DNA of 64,000 bases from Acidobacteriota bacterium. GTDB lineage: Bacteria > Acidobacteriota > DATKUA01. Positions 58,150 through 64,000 of the stretch are shown one piece after another. Made by a program: the position numbers and the translations under genes. How positions within the stretch are numbered: position 1 is the stretch's first letter; each line of letters starts with the position of its first letter. The stretch spans positions 25,893-89,892 of the forward strand of contig DATKUA010000137.1 in the NCBI GenBank assembly GCA_035530855.1, read 5' to 3'. The notes under the pieces are model-generated. The model did not search any database and was not told the origin of the DNA. It saw only the letters and a program-made list of their open reading frames with translations.

Positions 58150-58854
58150 ATGAGATTGGATAGAAGGCACGGCTGGCGACTGGCTCTATTCGCATTGGCG
58201 GCGGCTTTGATTGCGGCTGCTCCTTCGGCTGCGCAGGAAGACCAAGGTGGGCAGGACCGGGAGCGGAAAGAATACGAGTTCGTTGACGACAGCCGGCGAA
58301 TGGAGCTGACAGGTTCGTTCATCTTGCAAGGCTCCGGTTTTAACTATGTTTTCCTGCCGGACGGCAAAGATTCCGTGACCAACAGCGACAATTCCAGGCT
58401 GACTGGCGAGCTTCGCTTCTCCTACTACTTCAGCCGCTATAAAACATTCGGAATCGAGGGAATATTCGGTTTCACACGCGCGCGGGGCCGGTTTCAACAG
58501 CCGACCAATTACACCGATCCCGACAACCCGATTATCTATCCGGTTCAGACGGTAGATCATAATGTCTATCACTATGGGGCTAGCGCTATTTACAATTTCG
58601 GCTACTTGGACGTTGTGCCGTTCCTGACCTTCGGCGCCGGTGTGAACAACTTCAAACCGAGTAGCGATTCGGCATTCCCTCTCGAAGGGAATTATTACAA
58701 CATCACCTTCTCCGCGGGTTTCAAGTACTTCGTCAAGGAATGGTTCGGAGCTCGGGTGGAGGTCGTCGACAATTATTATCTCATCGGCGGCGATATAGTG
58801 GAGAATAACCTCAACGCCATCAGCTTCCGTTTAGGAGCGGTTTACACGTTCTGA
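58150..58854 (+). CDS. Outer-membrane beta-barrel (OmpA-like N-terminal / porin-like) protein
   Basis: Signal peptide LALFALAAALIAAAPSAAQ, alternating amphipathic strands, and a terminal aromatic (…LGAVYTF). Confidence 0.55.
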   Translation: MRLDRRHGWRLALFALAAALIAAAPSAAQEDQGGQDRERKEYEFVDDSRRMELTGSFILQGSGFNYVFLPDGKDSVTNSDNSRLTGELRFSYYFSRYKTFGIEGIFGFTRARGRFQQPTNYTDPDNPIIYPVQTVDHNVYHYGASAIYNFGYLDVVPFLTFGAGVNNFKPSSDSAFPLEGNYYNITFSAGFKYFVKEWFGARVEVVDNYYLIGGDIVENNLNAISFRLGAVYTF

Positions 58855-58913
58855 GGAGCGGGATTTACCGCTTGCAATAGTATTTTCAATTAATATAATA
58901 ACGCTTCCCCCGC

Positions 58914-58988
<75 letters not shown>

Positions 58989-59166
58989 TTCTTCCCTTTG
59001 CCTATCAATTAATCGGCCGGGCACCCGTTAACGGCGATACTGCATTTTCTCAGAGGGGATTCAACTGTTTCCGGCATTTTGAAGTGCCGTGGACTATACA
59101 ATCATCCACGGTGAATCTCCGAACTACGGATTGAAGAATCCGGAACCGGCTGCACCCCGGATTCGT

Positions 59167-61353
59167 TTACTTGATCCTCTTTCCCGGCAACTCCCGGTCT
59201 CCGGTTTTTATCTTAATCTCAGCAGCCTTACCAGCCTCGTCCTTGATGAAGGTGATCAGAAGGACATCTTCATCATCACGGGCATAAAACACTGTATCGG
59301 ATTGGGGAACCATTTCCGCTTCCTCTTCATCGGCCGACTTGATCATCAGCTTGTTTTCCCTCTTGAGGATCGTCAGTTTCATGCCGGCGGCCAGCTCATA
59401 CTCCCCCACCAGCGCATCCATAGCCTCGCTGCTCAGCTCGACGGCGCTTATCCTGGCCAGGGCCATCTTCGAGCTCGCCAGCCCGGGATCGATCTCCAGC
59501 GCTTTCTCATAATGCTCGACCGCTCTTGCTTGCTCCCCCTTCTCCAGGTAGAACTCCCCCAGGCTGTCGAAGAGGTTGGCATCGCTGGGGTAAAGCCCAG
59601 CGGCGATATGAAGGACTGACAGTCCTTCCCCGAGCTTTTCCTGCGATTTCAGGTAATAAGCATAGTAGTTCAGTTGGTTACTAAAGCGTGGGTAGATTTT
59701 CTCGCCCGGGAACAGCTCTTTGAGGCGTTGCGCGACGCCCCCCAGATCACTTTGATGCCTCATGGCGATTCCGCGAACCTCATCCGTCCAGGTCCTTTCC
59801 CACACGCTGGCCCATTCAGTCGACAACAGTTCCATCTCTTTGCTCAGGCGGTACTGCCAGGGTATGGTCTCGTCCTCTTGGCAGAGCATGATGTAATCGC
59901 GGAAGAACGGCAGTGCTCCGGCTTCCCGGTAGTATTTCAGCCGACCCGCTCCGTACTTACCGCCCAGCCTCGCGGCCATGTACGAGCCGACCTTGATCGT
60001 CGGCATTCCGGCGACGGGATGAAGTCCGTCATCTTTTTTCCGCTTGGCGGCCTCAAAATCCTTTTCAAACGAGTCGCGGCCGACAGCCTTATTAAAGTAA
60101 TCGAATGCGTTGGCCAGCTCTTCCTCCTCGGTTGTGACAGGCTCGCCATAGCGGTCGAACCATCCCAGGCCGGCATTCCAGGTGTCGTTGAGGCCGTCGC
60201 ACTGTTCGGCTGTTACCTTGTCTGGAGTTTCCGCTGACAGTGGACACGAACCCATGAACAATCCTGCGGCCTCTCTTGCAATCTCGTTCACAGGCGCACC
60301 CTCGAGGTTGCTGCAGATCGCGACGGCAAAATCCTCCCAGGGAATGAAAAACAGGTAGGTGCTGGTTTCCGCCTGGCCGCCGGAATGGCTTATCACCCAA
60401 TACCCCGACCAGGAGCCGGTGCCCCAACCCATGCCGTAGTTGGTGAAGCGGCCGTCGGTGGTGGCCATCGAATCCCACATCATCTGCACGGCTTCTCGGG
60501 GGATTACCTTGCCGGCGTACAGTCCTTTGACATACTTGATCAGGTCGGACGCCGTACTCCGGAAGCCACCCCCGCCCAGGCGGCTGCTGATATCGACGAA
60601 CCTGGAATTCTTGACTTCACCATTGACTCTTCTGTAGCCGCGTGTCCGGTTGGGTATCAGATCATAGGGGTCATCCATTCTCGTGTCGCTCATGCCCAGC
60701 GGTTCCCAGACCTGCTCCCTTATATACTCGCCGAACGGCTGCCCTGAAGCCCCCTCCACTGCTGCTGCTAAAAGGTTGAAGCCATAGCTAGAATAGTTGT
60801 ATTCAGTTCCCGGCTCGGCGATCAGTTCCCAGTCGGCAAAAACCTCGATTGCGCGCTTGGTGTCAAAGTGCTCGGTGAAAAATCCTTCCACGCTGTAATC
60901 CTTGTAGTGGCTGATGCCGCCGATGTGCCCCAGCACCTGCCTCACCTTCACCGGCCATTTCTTCTTCGAGAAGTAAGGGACATAGGCCTGGACTTCACCA
61001 TCCAGATCCAGCTTGCCCTCCCGCCAGAGCTTCATCACCGCCAGGGCGGTCATCGACTTGGAGACCGACGCAAGGCGATAGGCGGTCTCGGGCTTGGCAG
61101 GAACCTTGTTTTCGAGATCGGAAAAGCCGAAACCCCGTGTCCAGGAGAATTCGCCCTTGAACAGAGCTATGCTGAGGCCGGGGATCTTGTTGGCCTCCAT
61201 ATGCCCGGCGATGAATTTCTCAAGAAGTATGAGTTGTTCTGAGTGGCTATCATCAGCAGCAACGGCGGATGCAGCAATTATTACCCATGACAAAACGGCG
61301 ATTACAAGTGCCAAAAGCGTGGCGCGTTTCGCGCACGGCCGGTAATAGAGCAT
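59167..61353 (-). CDS. Secreted serine hydrolase of the beta-lactamase/PBP4* (class C-like) family with a C-terminal TPR domain
   Basis: Signal peptide, an S-x-x-K motif (ASVSKSMTAL), a YxN-like motif, and the HSGG element of the KTG-equivalent region. The C-terminal ~250 aa are TPR-like. The AGGGAGGGG SD lies upstream. Confidence 0.75.
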   Translation of the reverse strand: MLYYRPCAKRATLLALVIAVLSWVIIAASAVAADDSHSEQLILLEKFIAGHMEANKIPGLSIALFKGEFSWTRGFGFSDLENKVPAKPETAYRLASVSKSMTALAVMKLWREGKLDLDGEVQAYVPYFSKKKWPVKVRQVLGHIGGISHYKDYSVEGFFTEHFDTKRAIEVFADWELIAEPGTEYNYSSYGFNLLAAAVEGASGQPFGEYIREQVWEPLGMSDTRMDDPYDLIPNRTRGYRRVNGEVKNSRFVDISSRLGGGGFRSTASDLIKYVKGLYAGKVIPREAVQMMWDSMATTDGRFTNYGMGWGTGSWSGYWVISHSGGQAETSTYLFFIPWEDFAVAICSNLEGAPVNEIAREAAGLFMGSCPLSAETPDKVTAEQCDGLNDTWNAGLGWFDRYGEPVTTEEEELANAFDYFNKAVGRDSFEKDFEAAKRKKDDGLHPVAGMPTIKVGSYMAARLGGKYGAGRLKYYREAGALPFFRDYIMLCQEDETIPWQYRLSKEMELLSTEWASVWERTWTDEVRGIAMRHQSDLGGVAQRLKELFPGEKIYPRFSNQLNYYAYYLKSQEKLGEGLSVLHIAAGLYPSDANLFDSLGEFYLEKGEQARAVEHYEKALEIDPGLASSKMALARISAVELSSEAMDALVGEYELAAGMKLTILKRENKLMIKSADEEEAEMVPQSDTVFYARDDEDVLLITFIKDEAGKAAEIKIKTGDRELPGKRIK

Positions 61354-61519
61354 TTTCCCCTCCCTGTCTTAAAGAGAAACGTAAAGCAAAACGTAACGGC
61401 GTATCAGTAGTGATTTTTATCAAGGAAGCCTTGGGAATTATAAAGACCGGAAGGAATCAGCGCCAGTCCCGTCAACCGCCGGAGTTATGTGGGATTGCTT
61501 TGTGGAGCGAGAGATATTG

Positions 61520-62191
61520 CTAGTTGAGATCCACGGAGTTTAAAGAACCTCTTTCAAGCTTTAGCCAGCGGTCGGTGACCTGCTTGAGGAATTCCCGATC
61601 GTGGGAGACGGCGATAATCGCATGAGGGAGCTTGTTGAGGATGTTTTTAACCCGCTCCACCGCTTCCTCGTCGAGCCCGGAAGTCGGCTCGTCAAGAAGC
61701 AGCACATCCGGCTCCATGGCCAGCACCGAAGCCAGCGATACCAACCGCTTCTCCCCGCTCGACAAGCGGTAAGTGATTCGATCTTCGAAGCCCGGCAGGC
61801 CCACCTCCGCCAGCTTCTCGCTTGCGATGCGCATAGCTTCGGACGGCGCCTTTCCGAGATTCAGCGGACCGAACGCGACATCCTCCACAACAGTCGGGCT
61901 GAAGAGCTGATCCTCGGCGTCCTGGAACAGCAATCCCATGCGAGCCCGAACCTCCCAGAAATCGCCCTCTGAGCGCCTCGGTTTGCCGAACGCCTCGATT
62001 TCCCCGGCGCCGGGTTTAAGAAGGCCGACCACCAGGTGAAGCAGAGTTGTCTTGCCGCTTCCGTTCGGTCCGACCATTCCGACCCGCTCTCCGCTCGCAA
62101 GCTCCAGATTCAGCCCCTTGAGCACAAATATTCCCGGCGTGTAGCAGAACTCCAGGTCGCTGAGCCGCAGCAGTTTTTCGTTCAGGCCCAT
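61520..62191 (-). CDS. cbiO: ECF-transporter ATPase (CbiO-like)
   Basis: Walker A GPNGSGKTT, the Q-loop, signature LSSGEKRLVSLA, Walker B LLLDEPTSGLD and an H-loop VSHD. The start is the ATG at 62191 (MGLNEKLL...), overlapping the cbiQ stop by 10 nt. Confidence 0.8.
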   Translation of the reverse strand: MGLNEKLLRLSDLEFCYTPGIFVLKGLNLELASGERVGMVGPNGSGKTTLLHLVVGLLKPGAGEIEAFGKPRRSEGDFWEVRARMGLLFQDAEDQLFSPTVVEDVAFGPLNLGKAPSEAMRIASEKLAEVGLPGFEDRITYRLSSGEKRLVSLASVLAMEPDVLLLDEPTSGLDEEAVERVKNILNKLPHAIIAVSHDREFLKQVTDRWLKLERGSLNSVDLN

Positions 62192-62931
62192 TCGATCCAC
62201 CCGAGAATGAACAGTGCAAAGATGGCCACAACTGCAAAGGCTGCTTCCCTTCCTCCGGCGGAGAATTCGCTTAGCGTGTAAAACCTGCCGCGGAAGCCTC
62301 GGCATTTCATCGCCGCCACCACTCTATCGGAGCGATCGAAGCTGTTAACCAGCAGCATCCCAAACAGGTAACCGTAAGTCCTGAGCGTGTGCAGGTTGAG
62401 CCTCGGCCTGAAACAGCGAATCCTCATCGCCTGAACCAAACGGTCGTACTCGTGGTGCACCACGTCGATGTAACGGATGGTGAAAAGCAGCAGATGAACC
62501 AGCTTTTCCGGTAGTTTGAGGCGGTGCAGTGCCTGGCCAAGGCGGATCGGGTCAATCGTGCTGAGCAACGCCGTGTAGGTGAGGACGATGGTGTTGGCTT
62601 TAAGTGTAATCACGGCGGCTATTCTCACGCCCTCACTCGACCACGCCAGCGGCCCCAGCTTGAACAGCACCTCCCCGGGCGACGAAAGCGGCAGGAGAAG
62701 GAACAACAGCAGCATGAACAAGTTCAGCGAGACAAGACGCCTGATGGTGGGAGCGGGTGGCAGATCCGCTGCCAGCGAAATCAACGCCGCCAGCAACAAG
62801 GCGGCGCCCAGCACCGCGAAACTCGATGCGATCGCCACGAGCAGCGTAAACCCCAACGCCGCAACAACCCGGCAGCGGGGGTCGATCCGGCGAATCGGCG
62901 AGTCGCCCTTGAGGTAAGTCTCGCAGCTCAC
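62182..62931 (-). CDS. cbiQ: ECF-transporter transmembrane (T) component, CbiQ/EcfT family
   Basis: A 5-6-TM protein with the conserved EcfT Ala-Arg-Gly motifs (AMRIRCF / KCRGFRG). No ATG is available; GTG 62931 (after a GGAAGG SD) is preferred over the track's TTG at 63072, which would overlap cbiN by 95 nt. Confidence 0.7.
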   Translation of the reverse strand: MSCETYLKGDSPIRRIDPRCRVVAALGFTLLVAIASSFAVLGAALLLAALISLAADLPPAPTIRRLVSLNLFMLLLFLLLPLSSPGEVLFKLGPLAWSSEGVRIAAVITLKANTIVLTYTALLSTIDPIRLGQALHRLKLPEKLVHLLLFTIRYIDVVHHEYDRLVQAMRIRCFRPRLNLHTLRTYGYLFGMLLVNSFDRSDRVVAAMKCRGFRGRFYTLSEFSAGGREAAFAVVAIFALFILGWIEWA

Positions 62932-62977
62932 TCGGTCAGCCTTCCGATTCCAATTGTCATTAGGGAGATACAGCTGC

Positions 62978-63337
62978 TCACGTGCGGTCTCCCTTCGATT
63001 TCTCTCTCCGCCTGACGCCGAGGAAATAGAATGCGACGCCGGCCAGCCCCGCGATGTAACCGATCCCACCAAGAATGTCGTGCAGCCACACCTGTTCTTC
63101 CAGTCGCCTGATCTCTCGCACTAGTGGTCTGATCCTCTGCGCGACCGCCGCCTCGACAATGCTTCTTATCTCCTCACTGTCGGGTACCGAATCCGCCTGC
63201 TCTTCGAGGCTTTCCTCCGCACCGGCGGCGACGGCTTCCGATTCTTGAGCCAGGCAAACGCCAGGCGCCAGGAGGATTAAAAACACCGCGCAAAGCATCA
63301 TCATCGGACCGCTGCTGATCGGCTTGTCAGCGTTCAT
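62978..63337 (-). CDS. cbiN: CbiN-like small membrane component (N- and C-terminal TM helices with an acidic periplasmic loop)
   Basis: A 119-aa protein: MMMLCAVFLILLAPGVCLA ... ILGGIGYIAGLAGVAFYFLG. The position between cbiM and cbiQ fits. The GAGGGAGG SD lies upstream. Confidence 0.55.
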   Translation of the reverse strand: MNADKPISSGPMMMLCAVFLILLAPGVCLAQESEAVAAGAEESLEEQADSVPDSEEIRSIVEAAVAQRIRPLVREIRRLEEQVWLHDILGGIGYIAGLAGVAFYFLGVRRREKSKGDRT

Positions 63338-63369
63338 TTTCCTCCCTCGTGATTTAACTGCCAGGCTAC

Positions 63370-63726
63370 TTATCTGTTCCGGTAATCCGGCAGGCCGCCC
63401 GGAAGGTCCTCCGCCGGTATCGTTGCAGTGGCCCGATGACCGCTATCGGTCACCACGAATCTGTGATCGCAGCGGAACTCAGCCTTAAAGATGAACAACC
63501 CTTCCTCATCGGTTTTCGTTTCGCCGAGTTTCTTGCCGTCCGGAGCGAAAACTTCAACCTTGGCGCCCACCGCCTTGGCCCCGTGGTAATAGGCTTCGCC
63601 CTCGATAGTGGCACCTTCGACTACGTAAACGTCGAGATGCAGGCCGTGGGCCCAAGCCGCGAGCGGCGATACAAGCAGAAACAAAACCGCCAGAAAACGA
63701 ACCGGTACGTTACACCTGTTAACCAT
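63370..63726 (-). CDS. Small exported His-rich beta-sandwich (transthyretin/carboxypeptidase-regulatory-like) protein inserted between cbiM and cbiN
   Basis: Signal peptide VRFLAVLFLLVSPLAAWA. The mature ~95 aa carry HGLHLD, YYHG, CDHRF and SGHRATA (5 His + 1 Cys). The start is the ATG at 63726, after a GAGGGTG SD. Confidence 0.45.
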   Translation of the reverse strand: MVNRCNVPVRFLAVLFLLVSPLAAWAHGLHLDVYVVEGATIEGEAYYHGAKAVGAKVEVFAPDGKKLGETKTDEEGLFIFKAEFRCDHRFVVTDSGHRATATIPAEDLPGGLPDYRNR

Positions 63727-64000
63727 TTGCACCCTCTTCACGAACCAGATATGGGGGATCGAGCAGTTCCGGACGCACCTGATGGAGGAAAACAACCGTT
63801 GCGGCCGTAACAACCCCTTCGATGATCGCTATCGGCATATGAGCCAGAAACACTCCCTGGGCAATAACCTCGAACTCACCGCCGGTCGCCAGCAACTCCG
63901 CGGCCACCATAAACGCGGAGGAAGCGAGGGATATCGCCCCGCCGGCAAAACCCAAAACCATAATCAGGCCCTTCGAACTCGATCTGCGAATGGCCGAATT
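63719..64000 (-). CDS. cbiM: CbiM-family ECF substrate-capture (S) component, C-terminal part only (the gene continues beyond the window)
   Basis: ...AHMPIAIIEGVVTAATVVFLHQV... matches the CbiM C-terminal TM helices. The reading frame is open to the window edge. Confidence 0.7.
   Translation of the reverse strand, partial: NSAIRRSSSKGLIMVLGFAGGAISLASSAFMVAAELLATGGEFEVIAQGVFLAHMPIAIIEGVVTAATVVFLHQVRPELLDPPYLVREEGANG

Overview
This is a 64-kb, roughly 60% GC chromosomal segment from a diderm, flagellated bacterium. It makes LPS and has an HspR-type heat-shock circuit, and is probably an uncultivated environmental lineage. About 65 protein genes are packed on both strands, with one tRNA-Gln(CUG). 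I see no rRNA, CRISPR array, transposase or integrase. Along the window the blocks are: (1) a window-truncated periplasmic beta-propeller protein; (2) a 5-gene Lol-like lipoprotein-trafficking operon (lipoprotein with LolA/LolB-like fold, MacB/LolCE-type permease, ATPase, small TM protein, LolA-like protein); (3) a DmpA/S58 peptidase, a TPR-FGE (SUMF1-like) protein, a K+-type membrane pyrophosphatase, a SAM methyltransferase and a Tat-exported glycosylasparaginase-family Ntn hydrolase; (4) a lipid A / inner-core LPS cluster with a waaA-lpxK fusion, lpxL-like acyltransferase, two GT9 heptosyltransferases and a split hldA/hldC; (5) a DnaD-domain protein translationally coupled to an LMW protein-tyrosine phosphatase, then a CCA/poly(A) polymerase-family enzyme, nfo and a GHMP kinase; (6) a small disordered charged ORF, an 855-aa PDZ-TM-GAF-PP2C membrane sensor phosphatase and a rubrerythrin-like protein; (7) a dnaK-dnaJ-hspR operon (no grpE in this window), a sigma-70 family sigma factor and a DnaC/DnaI-like AAA+ loader; (8) a pentaheme c-type cytochrome, an OPT transporter and an orphan PqqD-like gene; (9) a ROK glucokinase, tsaD, a SnoaL/DUF4440-like protein, mtnA, carD/cdnL, manB/pgm and queE-queC; (10) a flagellar filament cluster fliC-flaG-fliD-fliS-(fliT-like) with two good sigma-28 promoters; (11) an IDH-family dehydrogenase next to a short citrate-synthase-like (citryl-CoA-lyase-like) gene, two paralogous secreted proteins and dsbD; (12) an OMP beta-barrel, a beta-lactamase-family/TPR protein and a cbiM-X-cbiN-cbiQ-cbiO ECF metal transporter that runs off the window end. 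Most long six-frame ORFs antisense to these genes are GC-composition artefacts. All product calls come from motif and family recognition by eye; no database search was run.
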